Assembly (NCBI GenBank): GCA_030704615.1
Contig: CM060734.1
Span: 33,976,001 to 34,040,000 of the forward strand
DNA length: 64,000 nucleotides
Source: Takakia lepidozioides
Taxonomy: Eukaryota > Plantae > Bryophyta
Direction: 5' to 3'
Below, piece by piece: positions 25,475 to 35,867 of this stretch. Both the position numbers and the translations under genes were made by a program. The notes under the pieces were generated by a model. The model had not been told where the DNA came from and did not search any database. It saw only the letters and a program-made list of their open reading frames with translations. Numbering within the stretch: the first letter of the stretch is position 1; the number at the start of each line of letters is the position of its first letter.

Positions 25475-27047
25475 TTGGGAAAAAGAATCATGGATGAAAC
25501 AACTAGGAAAAAGTGCAAAGTCGGTTGTGACGTTCATTTGTACACATCACATCCCTCTGGGCATTGTTTAGAAGGCATGAACCCAAATACCCGGGTGAAA
25601 CCCGCTTTGCCACAAACTTTTTGATGGTGGATCGACTGGTGACTATGAGGGCGGGTCTGGAGCAGGTGATCATTGACCCTCAATGGGATGCGTATGTGGG
25701 CACCTTACGCGACTCTCGTAAGTCCAAGTCTTTGAGCAAAAGTCGGAGGGTCCGCACAATCATTCGCTCCGACGATTTCTGGGTGAAATGTGCAAATTTT
25801 GTGTACATGGTGGAGTCGGTGTTGCGAGTCTGTTCACAATGGGTCTGCTGGCCTGTCAGTGCTCCGGATATTCCCCTCCTGTGAGCGGAACTGGAGCAGT
25901 TACTAAATTGTTCATAACAAGATTCGCAACAGGTTGAATCCTGTCAGGGCTGACAAATTGGTTTATGTCTACACGAATTGTAGGCTACTGCGAGATAGGA
26001 GAGCAAGTGATGCATCTGCATGGTACGAGAAGAATCTGTTGTCTGAAGAATCTGCCTCAGAGGTCCAATCTAGCAGCAATGATGACACTGACGCCGCGAG
26101 GGACTCTGACTCCGACGGTTGGGATAGGTCCGATGATATGGGCAATCCTCCACATGACCCATATGAATTTAATGACGATGATGCTGCAATGCATCCATCC
26201 TTCGATGACCTTGTTGTTGATGAACTGCGACATGGTGTCATCCCAATTGCGGACCTCATTCCCCCAGTGGAGCACACTCTCAACAATGAAGTTGAGGTCA
26301 ACTCTCCCCCACCACGAGTTCCACGGACTGCGGGAGATGTGCAAGTCGAATCGTCGGATGATGACAACCGGCCGTTGTCATTCCTTCACCGACATCGTGG
26401 CCCTGTGAACCGTGCTTCATCTCACCCCGCTCCATCTCATGTTTCTCTTTCGTCAAACTGGTCCATCCCATGCTGGTCCATCTAGTCTCTCTCCCCCTCA
26501 TGTAATTCCTTCCATCGCTACTCCGATCCTGGGAGATGGTTCTTCTGTTGCGGGACTTCTGCAAGTTGAACCATCGGATGACGACGACCGGCCATTGTCG
26601 TTTCATCTGACCCAACGACGTCCGCATGTGAACCGTGCTCCCTCGACCCTCGCTAGTCCATCTCATGCCCCTTCCTCTCATGTCGGCCCCTCTGATGTAC
26701 GTGCGAGTAGCCTTTCTCATACGAGACCTGCTCCAAGGCCACCACGAAATCCGGGACAAGCCCAGAAACGACAGAGAATTGTGCAACCTTTTATTGGTGA
26801 CCGACCTATGAACAGGCCTGATACCCTAAATGGTATTCATGATAGGAGTGGAAATCGACCAGAGAGACAACTGAACGTACTCCGAGGACGACTACAGGTC
26901 CAACGGCCAGTTGTCTCTGGAAACGAAAGAACAGATGGAGATCATGATTCTAGCACTAGTCATGGGAACGAGGGTGAAGTGAGTGGGGACGAAGATTTTG
27001 TACTAGACGTGAGATCATACCATCGTCGTCGTGCCAGACGGAATTAG
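25475..27047 (+). pseudogene. hAT transposase, C-terminal half (inverted fragment)
   Basis: WEKESWMKQL...PGETRFATNFLMVDRL...FW, then SCERNWS (catalytic E) and RNRLNPVRADKLVYVYTN (dimerisation domain), then an acidic tail. Apparent internal deletion near 25830. Confidence 0.88.
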
Positions 27048-27369
27048 GTACAGCTATAATTTCTGTGATATGTCACATGATGTGTAGTATGTTTCCATAG
27101 ATATCCATGTTTCAGTTTAGGTATATGCATACGTGTACGGAAATAAAAATGGTGGAATATGTGTACCCAAGAAAGGGTTTGGTGGTTGTGCGTGTGTTTG
27201 TGTTTCGTCATTACCTTTACATTGTTGATTTCCTATTATGGTTTCGAAAGCCACAAAAGCCAGGTGCAGCTCCCAACATTCATCTTCCCCTTCACAAATC
27301 CATGGGGAATCGATACATGTGCTTTTCATCTGCCTCTCCAAACATACATACAGGTGCAAGGGGACCAAC

Positions 27370-27910
27370 CTCCTGGTGGTCGCACCTATTTAAAAAAAAA
27401 ACAATTGTGTGACCACCAGTAGCGGTCGTCGCAACTGTTAAAATAAAAGAAAAATGTTGCGACCACCCCCCTGCTGGTAGTCGCACCTATTTACTGATTT
27501 ACTGATTACCCCTGCTGGTGGTCGCAGATTTTATTTTATTTTATTTTGGGAAACACCTGGGAGCGACAGGTCACAAATCAGGCCCCTTAGTAGTGAGAGG
27601 AGAAAATAACCTCTTTCATTTATGCGCCAAGAGGCGTAGGAATGGGGCACCATACACGAACCATACCACACCCATCAAATAGCAAGATTTGACCCCAGAA
27701 TTGTCCGGGTCGCACTCAGTGCACTTAACCAATTGAGCTACTGACTGTTGGTAGATATTAAAAAATCGGAAAATTATGCGACCACCCCCTACGACCACCC
27801 CCCTACGGTCGCATCTATTAAAGAAAAAGAAAATAGTGCGACCACCAGCAGGTAGTGGTCGCACCTATTTGTTTTAAACAAAATTTCTGCGACCACCCCT
27901 CTGCTGATGG
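27370..27910 (-). repeat. Element A internal hairpin-repeat cluster, right part, now inverted
   Basis: Same unit in reverse orientation. Becomes co-oriented and contiguous with 13555-13822 once the inversion and element B are removed. Confidence 0.85.
27528..27747 (-). mobile_element. tRNA-derived SINE-like insertion (~220 bp)
   Basis: Head CAGTCAGTAGCTCAATTGGTTAAGTGCA (A box) and GGGGTCAAATCTT (degenerate B box), ending in an (AAAAT)n tail. Interrupts the repeat cluster. No clear TSD. Confidence 0.6.
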
Positions 27911-28762
27911 GAGGTTTACTATTTCATGAGCAGAAACCATGAGCCATGAGCCATGAGCCGCATGAGCCGCATGAGCGGTGAGCCGAAGTCTAAGATACGC
28001 GGATTTCATGAGCGGACTCCTCCAAATTTGGAAATGCGGCAGATTAAACAAGTATTAAAATAATAGTTTTTTTATTTGACCTTGCCGTTTTTGGACGTTC
28101 CAGATCATGTAATGCGGCAAAGATATGTCGTCAGTAACAAGTCCGCTCATGGTTTTTTAGATCCGCTCATGGAAATAAGTGACCGTGCAACGGGAAATCC
28201 AGTATACCACTGCAAAAGGACGTCGCATACTGGCCTGTATAGAGTATTCCGCGGTTTTACATGCCTTAACATTGGAATGAAGCTGACCCTTTTGCCGCGA
28301 TTGAACCAATGGAGTCTGCACCAATACAGTTTGCAGTACTTCACAATTCTGTCTTCTTTGGGTATTCGGCGGGAAATGTTTGCAACGGAACTGGGAAATA
28401 AGGTGCCGCATAAGGGTTCGCATGTGCGAAATTTCGGAGCGGTTTGGTGTTGGCGAAGGCCGCCTCTACCAGTACCTACGACGATACTTGGAAATGCGGC
28501 GCCGCATTTCCTTGTCGGAGGTCGAATGAGGAAAGCAAGTTTTCGGAAAGCAGAAAAACATGAACCCTCCAACATACAAAAATACATGCACGTGGAAACA
28601 AGTGAACGATGTAGTAATATCTTAGTTCGAGCAAAACAGGTTACTGGTAGGCAAGACATATGTCGGACCTTTCTGTGGCCAGAGTCTGAGGTACTGGCAG
28701 CAGTACAGTTCTACTATCCGAAAAGGATGGGCGTACCATTGTATTGGGACCGCAAGCCAAGC

Positions 28763-31391
28763 TCACTGGTCCCCTGGATCCATATTCAGAAGAGTGTGAA
28801 CCTCCTGGGGGCTCAACCCTGGTGCATGTATGAAGTGATGAGTTGTGGAATTACAACGGAGTCTCTTTAGGTACACGTAGTACAAATGCTTGCAAGGGCA
28901 ATATGATGCCCCCTTGTTCGCCATGATCTGGAAGTCGGTGCAATTGCAGGTGGGTAATTCTGAAATTGTGATGGTGTACACCTCATTGCGAACAGCTGAG
29001 CCTGCCGTGGCCATCTGATACACACACGCCCGAATCCTGGTGGGGGCACTTCTGTCGAGCTCTGGATTGTACAGTTCATCCGAAGTGCATTCTCCATCCT
29101 TGTCTCGTTCACTTTTGAGGGAGTTCGCCGCCTCTTCGGTTTCCCCCAACAGTGTGTAGGATGCTTAGAGCTGTCGTGTCCCATTGTTCTTGCTCTCACA
29201 TGGGTCGGTGGTGGAGGCTGTGGAAGCGGAAATGGTTGTCTGGGGACGTCAGTGCGCTGCACCATCCGAAATCCTGCGGCGGTAAGGGCGTCAGCCTCAA
29301 CCTGACTCAGATCGCAGCCTGGTTCTACCGGCCACACCGGGGGAGCCTCTGGCATTGTTTGTATGCCGTACTTGGGCTTTCCATACACGCAAGTCATAAT
29401 GTCGTGCTTGCAGAACCAGAACTAGGTGGTTGTCGCCTCCGCAAACTTTGCATGGACAAATCTTCCTGTAAAAGTAGGAGCGGGGACAGCCCCATCTGGA
29501 TTCCTCCTTATCATCTCTAAACAACGTTGCCGTGTATCCACACGAATTGCGGAACACCTTCCTCGAAACGACGGCTTTGTGCGAGCAATTCTCCACTGTG
29601 ATGCAGACACTGTCGTCTCCACAATGGCTTGGCCATACTGCATAACAGCGGGCGGAATCTGGGGCAAGGGAGCGGTGGGAATTTCTCGCACGAAATCCCC
29701 GGTTGAAGGCGACGGCGATCTGGAATTTCTTGGGCTTCCACTGCTGGAAGACACATTGTGCGGCAACATGACGGGACCTCGAGGTGCTGTCCGAATGTTC
29801 CTGTCGGATCTCCAGGAATCCTCTTCACACCTGGGTTCCTCTTCAATCCTCCGCCTCACAGGGCGAGTCCGGATGTCCCCCTCTAGGTGTTCACCTCTGC
29901 GGTGCAGAGGCGTCCCTTTGATCTTCTCTCGCAATGATGTCGCCCATTTCAGTGGATTCTTGGACCTCGAAGCTGTTCGTACCAACAATTCCTCCCTATC
30001 CGGCCCAAAGCCTCATTGTTTGCCGCTCAGAAACTTGTAGTACGTGGCTTGCTGCATGATTGCTCTGTCGATGTCCTCCGTTGTGGCCGTCATTACGTCC
30101 ACCAGATGTGCGGCAGAAGACGCTCGCCAGGAGGAGTGGACCGATTCTGCCATATTCGTGTTCGGCATGTCCGTGTCGGAATCCAAGCACCGCTCCTAGA
30201 AGGACACAAACAATGGTGAGGGACCAATCAAAATGTCCGTAACAGAAAGACAAATGAACGAAAATGACAGCAGCCTACCTCCCGCATGTACTGTCCGAAC
30301 TGTCGATACCGAAAATGCCACCACCCCAACCAACTGTGCAATGCTCCCAGATTGGTTGTCTCCACTGCACCTGACGTGTTCCACCAAGCCTCAATGATAG
30401 CAAACTTAACCTCCGCGTCATCAAATGTGGGTGCATCCTTCCACGCCGTACAAAGGACACGGTGTTCAGCCTGGAATGAGCTAGCAACAAATTTGGAAGT
30501 GTAGTGAGATAGACTCTGCATCCAATGGAATCCACAGGATCTCTCTTTCCCCTCCATTGGAACATTGGGGTCCTCACCGTACACACGCCGCACCGCTGCC
30601 CAGTTGGCCTGAGCGTTGTCTGCCATGAATCCCCTGAAATTGGGCTCTGGCAATCCCGCCCTTGCCATCTGCTCGTTTATGCCCTCCCACAGATGCATCT
30701 CGGACTGTGTGTCCTCCCCTTTCATCTCGCAGATTGCAATCGTCATGAGCCTCTTGGAGTGATAGTCATAAACATGCGCACCCATAGTCACCCACTGATG
30801 GTTTGTAATTCGCTTGATGTGATCAAACATCACCCAAGCATTCGACAAGTTTCCAGTTGTCATGCGAGTGACCAAGTCGACTCCACTCCCAGGCCGACTG
30901 ATTCGGAAAGGGAATGGGCATTCCCACAGCTCGGTACAGGATGGTGTCTGATGGGGGTACGTGCCATTCGATTCCGCAACCTCCGTCGTTACCTAGCACG
31001 ACAATGGTCTCATCAACCTGTCCAGGAACATCCTTCCTTTCTTCTTCCAAATAAACTGTGCCCGGTTTGAGCTTGAATTGGAACAAAGGTAAGTTTCAGT
31101 CACTCTGCAAAGTCCTCCCTCGTTTGGGATCCAGGCTCTCCCAAGTTGTGGAGGACAACAAACTATAGCGTAGGAATTCGGAGCCATCGAAGACCGCACG
31201 AAGTTGGCAAGTGCGAGGTTCAGTATAGCGACAGACCAAGGCTCACAGGCACCATGCGGAGTCCATCGACGATTGGAAGTCGCACATTGAAGTGGAAAGT
31301 ATTGTTTCAAGCTACATGCATGAAGGTGGGAGGTGTGATTCCATAGCCAGTAAGTATGACAATGATGGCCGATTCGGCGACGAAATAACAT
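28763..31391 (-). pseudogene. MULE-type DDE transposase with C-terminal SWIM zinc finger (element B)
   Basis: D in WVMFDH, D in FMADNAQANW, CxxH in ERSCGFHW, E in PNTNMAESVH (~30147, after an intron). SWIM finger PTCNCTDF...CPCKHLYYV. Several stops and frameshifts. Confidence 0.82.
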
Positions 31392-31559
31392 CTCCTGACA
31401 GTTTCTCCTGAGGGTGGATCGAGCAGTATTCTCGGTGCAGACAGGAACGTTCGCACTGACAAGTGCCAGTACTGTTAGTTAAAACGGTCAGACAACCAAG
31501 TTGTGCTCATCAAGACTGGCCGCAATTGTGTTGTTTCGGAACAATGCAACCCATTCAGG

Positions 31560-32041
31560 TTCAGCATGCGGAAATGAGGTTCCAGATTTCCCGTCCCGAG
31601 TGATTCTTTCGATTGCTGCTGGACGGAAATACGGCGCCGCATTTCCGTATTGCATCTTGATCATGCACCAGAGCGACGGAAATGCGGCACCGAGTTTTCG
31701 TCCAGGGGAAACCTTTATACTCTCCAGAACGGAAATGCGGTAACGCATTTCCATCCAGCAAGCACGGTAGGTGAAGGTGGTACGGAAATGCGGTACCGCA
31801 TTTTCGTTCAGTACCGCATTTCCGTTTTGATTGAGAATTATGAACAACGGGAACAGAAATGCGGCACCGCATTTCCGTCACAGTCGCACCTTCCGACATA
31901 CCAGAACAGAAATACGGCGCAACATTTCCGTTTTATATCTGACGCATGGAGCTGAGGGATAGAAATGCTGCACCACATTTCCGTCCTCACAAGACATTCA
32001 TACTCTCTAGAACGGAAATGCGGTACCGCATTTCCGTTCTG
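31560..32041 (-). repeat. Displaced continuation of the palindrome array (~9 copies)
   Basis: Reverse complement starts cagaacggaaatgcggtaccgc, the sequence expected right after ...gttcataattctca at 25474. Confidence 0.88.
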
Positions 32042-32970
32042 AAAGGAGATCAAAGATATGAGCAGCACATCCTGGGGATATCGTACAATCAAAATATCGG
32101 CCATATTAACCATGTTAGATGCATTGTCCGTGCACACTGGACAATTTTATTAGCTCCAATTTTATCGATGTAACTCGTCAACAACCCTGCTTGATAACGT
32201 GCATCTTTTCTCTCCCCGCTTGTGTCAACGGATCCCAAAAATTGTTCCCCCGCAGGACAGACCAGCATGACATTGAACAGTGGTCGATTAGTAACAGAAC
32301 TCCAACCGTCCACACATATAGTGCTTCCATATTTCCGGAGAGAATCACCTGTCTTTTCATTCACATTTTGGGTGAGGTCAGACATAGCCTCTTCTAACAA
32401 TCGTGTGCGGAGATCGCGATAACTCGGAGGTGTGTATGTGGACTTGGAATCGGACGTGGCTTTGACAACAGCCACAAACGCATGAAGCCTCGAGACATTG
32501 AACGTAATATTGGCCTCGTAGAAAAATTGGGCCCACTTCTTATCCAGAGTCCTCCTGTGCGACAAATTTAAGTCTTCTTGCATTGATTGTTGCCTCAATG
32601 GTCTGGTCCGTACAAGTACTGGCGTACAATCGGGTGTTGCTCCTGACCCACCGGCTTCTCCACGAATAGTAGACGCCTCGCAAAAATCCCCCTGGGTATA
32701 ACCCTGAGGGACAGTTTGATTCGAACCTGGAGTGTTTGGCTCAGAAGCCGCGGCCACATCAAGAGACGGTGGGATATTGCCTCCACATTGGGCAAAGTGG
32801 GCTTTCACTCGCATGGAGGCTTTTGGGCACAAACTAACCCCTGCATTCTTCCCATCTCTGTAGCCAAGGTGATATAACATGCGATCTTTGCGACCCGCCA
32901 GCTTCAATGCACAAAAATTGCATTGAACACCGTCCTTTTGTGTGGGTCTATGGTGAACCAAGGGATCCAC
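32042..32970 (-). pseudogene. hAT transposase, N-terminal half (BED finger and DUF659-type DDE region)
   Basis: VQCNFC...HL...C (BED), FFYEANITFN, PPSYRDLRTRLL, ICVDGWS (D1), CTDNASNM (D2). GCAAHIFDLL ends abruptly at 32042. TATA-like motif at 33294-33300. Confidence 0.9.
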
Positions 32971-33349
32971 TCCTCCCTCATTCTCACACCCAAAACCCTA
33001 ACCACAGACTTAAGGTTGAACGAAGAACACTAGTGTGCTTGGTAGATTTGTGAAGAGCAATAGAAGTTAGAACAGAATGCGATGGCTCAACACTACAGAA
33101 TCTATCCAAGTGGATCAATGCACCATGTAGTATTGTGCTTTTCGACAATTTGCTGCAGTGGCTCTGGTGGAAGCCACAACATCAAAAAATCCGCACCCTC
33201 CTCTTGGGCTTACACTCTTGTTCAAGGAATAGAGAACATTCACTCGCCATAAAAGTGTTTGCCACAAAAGAAGTGAGGGGCATTGGGACCACCTTATATA
33301 CCCTCCAGCCTCCAAGCCTCACACGCTCGACGAATCAGATCTAATGCTA

Positions 33350-34085
33350 CGACCGCTCCAGGTCGCACGATGAAGTCGCATGTTATTTTTTTTTAAAAAC
33401 TGCTGCGACCACCCTCATGCTGGTGGTCGCACCTATTAAAAAAGAGAAAAATGCTGCGACCACCCCCATGCTCGTGGTCACAGAGATTATTTAAAAAAAT
33501 AAAAAATAAAATAAAAAATTGGTGCGACCACCCCCTTGCTGGTGGTCGCACTTATTAAAAAAACAGAAAATTTCTGCGACCACCCCCCTGTTGGTGGTTG
33601 CACCTTTCAAGAAAATAGAAATTTCTGCGACCACCCCCATGCTGGTGGTCGCACCTATTAAAAAAAAAAAAATGCTGCGACCACCCCCAATGCTCGTGGT
33701 CACAGAGAATATATTTTTTAAATAATATAATAAAATAAAATAAATCTACGACCACCCCCTTGCTGGTGGTCGCACCTATTAAAAAAACAGAAAAATGCTG
33801 CGACCACCCCCATGCTGGTGGTCGCAGATATTAAAAAATAAAAAAAATGTTGCGACCACCCCCCTGATGGTGGTCGCACCTATTACAAATAAAATAAAAA
33901 TTGTGCGACCACCAGTAGCGGTGGTCGCAACTGTTTAAGAAAAGAAAAATGCTGCGACAACCCCTGCAGGTGGTCGCATCTATTTTTAATAAACAAAAAA
34001 TGCTGCGACAACCCCTTTGCTGGTGGTCGCAACTATTAAAAAATAAGATAAATTCTACGACCACCACCATTTGGAGGTCGCACCA
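33350..34085 (-). repeat. Element A right subterminal hairpin-repeat array
   Basis: About 12 copies with poly-A spacers, inverted relative to 4780-5240. Confidence 0.9.
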
Positions 34086-34243
34086 ATTTAACAATAATGA
34101 TTTAAAACTCATGTTTTACTGATTTTCCGGCAAAACTGACGTGACGTTGGTCGCGTCAGCGTCAGGTCTGACGTGACGTGACGTCACTGACGTGTGCAAC
34201 CCTGGTCCATTGGCAATGGACCCATGATGTCATCAATAGAAGT

Positions 34244-34291
34244 GGGACCTGGATTTGGGTGGATGTCACCACATCTTAGGAGTATGAGCTC
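34244..34291 (-). other. 2A-like (StopGo) oligopeptide ELILLRCGDIHPNPGP
   Basis: Matches LLL-x-GD(V/I)-x-x-NPGP, a motif known upstream of APE domains in non-LTR elements. The canonical E is replaced by H. Confidence 0.7.
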
Positions 34292-34954
34292 GATACATGT
34301 GTCGGGACAGGGGGGGTGATGGTAATAATGTCTGGATTTTAGGGGGTTTTGACGTCGGGTGCCGTGTGGGTGAATAGCGAGTGCAAGGGGTTCAGAGTGG
34401 GTACGGTAGGGTATTTTGGGATGGTGAGGGAAAAAGAGGTGTGGATGGAATGTATGGATTGGAATGTTGGGGTTTGTAGAAGTGGAGCTAGTGGACAAGA
34501 AGTGTACGGGGCGGACGGTCACGATGCTATTAATTTGATGGGTCGATATGGAGGAGGGTCGAATATTTAGGGAATAGTATATAGAGTGTAAAAAGTGGGG
34601 TTACCTTAGATGTGGCCATTGCTTTTGACGACTATCGGGTGGAGGTCGGGCAAGCACCAAAGAGGTGGTGACAGAGAGGCACCGTGTGCAAGATTTTGCG
34701 GAGTGGGGTGACATAGTTCCAGGCCTGGCGGGGGTTGATGAAACTTTAGCAGTAGTGTGAGAGGTGATGGTATGTGGGCTAAAGGGTTTAGGGGTGAAAT
34801 ATGTGTCATGAGCACTTAGGGCATATTGAATGAGAGAGTGTAATATTCCATTGTAAGGGATTTTGGGGTATGGGTGTCTGGGGAACGGATGTAGTGAAAG
34901 TTTTTTGGACATATGTGTCACGGTATGAGAATTGTGCAATATTAAGGCAAGTAG

Positions 34955-35100
34955 GGGATGGATGATAAACGTCTGGGAGACGATGACAAACAAAATATGG
35001 ATGGTATACGCCTGGGAGGCGATGCCAAACAGAAGATGGATGATATACGTCAGGGAGACGATGATAAATGAGATATGGATTGTATACATCCGGAAGTTGA
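34955..35100. repeat. 39-bp tandem repeat (~4 copies)
   Basis: Translates as recurring 13-aa HRLPDVYHP units. Confidence 0.75.
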
Positions 35101-35867
35101 AGAATAACAAAATGGCGGTAATACATTTTGTGGTAATCAATGAAGAAGATCACGGAGTAGAAATCTTTGTGTAAAATGTGGTAGAAGTCATTTGATATGA
35201 TCATAGAATAAAAATCTTTGTGTAAAATCATGTGGGTAGAGTAACATAGGTGAAGATGTTTGAAATAGAGAGAGTCGGAGTGCCCGAACAGCTGGGGTAG
35301 AGGAGATTGAAAGTGCAGAGTTGTCCTCGCTTGAACGAGAGTCGTTGTTGGAGCTATGCTTCAGCTGACAAAGATTGAGAAGTCTTGTACCAGGGTAAGT
35401 GAATTGTGGTACCATGAGTGGCGACTGACAGAGGGCAACTTGTCCAAGGTGCTGGTCTTGAGTCACAACTCTGCGCCTGTGGGGTGTGTGTGGTAGATAC
35501 TGTGGGGTAGTGGGATGCCCTTTAAGGTCGGGGAGCCAGCTGGGGTAGAACAACAGTAAGTTAGAGAATGATGGCAATTTAATGTACACAGGAGTGGATC
35601 TTGTGAACATAAAGGGGGGAGGGGGTGTCCAGGGTAGGGAAGAGGGTTGAGTGTGCTCCCTGGAAGTAAAATCCATCTCAACGTGCGTCTTCTGAGTTGT
35701 GGCCAGCAAAGCCTCCATGGGGGCAGCCCACTCTGCGGCCTGGTTTTGGTGTGTGGTGAGCAGGGCCTCAAGTTCAAGAGATCTTTCACTGAGTTTGTTA
35801 GCACTGTCCTTATGGTGGGATGCCCTCCCCTCATCAATTCTTGCTTTCTCTGCCAGTGCAGTCATCA

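Larger units (their letters stand above)
13823..32041. mobile_element. Nested MULE-like DNA transposon (element B, ~15.8 kb = 13823-25474 plus inverted 27911-32041)
   Basis: 21-bp termini GGGGGCTGCTATTTCATGAGC (13823) and GAGGTTTACTATTTCATGAGC (27911), each followed by CATGAGC repeats. 8-bp TSD CCATCAGC at 13815-13822, reverse complement at 27903-27910. The empty site rebuilds one element A repeat unit. Encodes a DDE+SWIM transposase. Confidence 0.85.
4575..34204 (-). mobile_element. Large hAT-superfamily DNA transposon (element A), 29.6 kb with the nested element and ~13.8 kb without
   Basis: Exact 8-bp TSD GTCCATTG at 4567-4574 and 34205-34212. Ends are CCTAGTTGCA and TGCAACCCTG (rc CAGGGTTGCA). 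Inverted ACGT-rich subterminal motifs, inverted repeat clusters near both ends, internal hAT transposase. LINE sequence resumes on both sides. Confidence 0.85.

Noticed and set aside
28076-28870. 264-aa plus-strand ORF near the element B end
   Set aside because: Non-ATG start, runs through subterminal repeats and palindromes, and has no motif.
25281-32041. Site-specific invertible switch between ~200-bp inverted repeats (25281-25474 and 31832-32041)
   Set aside because: These are adjacent diverged array units separated by the break. The event destroys the hAT gene and no linked invertase is evident.
4564-34224. Alternative boundary with TGGGTCCATTGCC TIRs and a 2-bp TG TSD
   Set aside because: An exact 8-bp TSD with a CAGGGTTGCA end fits the encoded hAT transposase better. 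The outer symmetry comes from a palindromic target.
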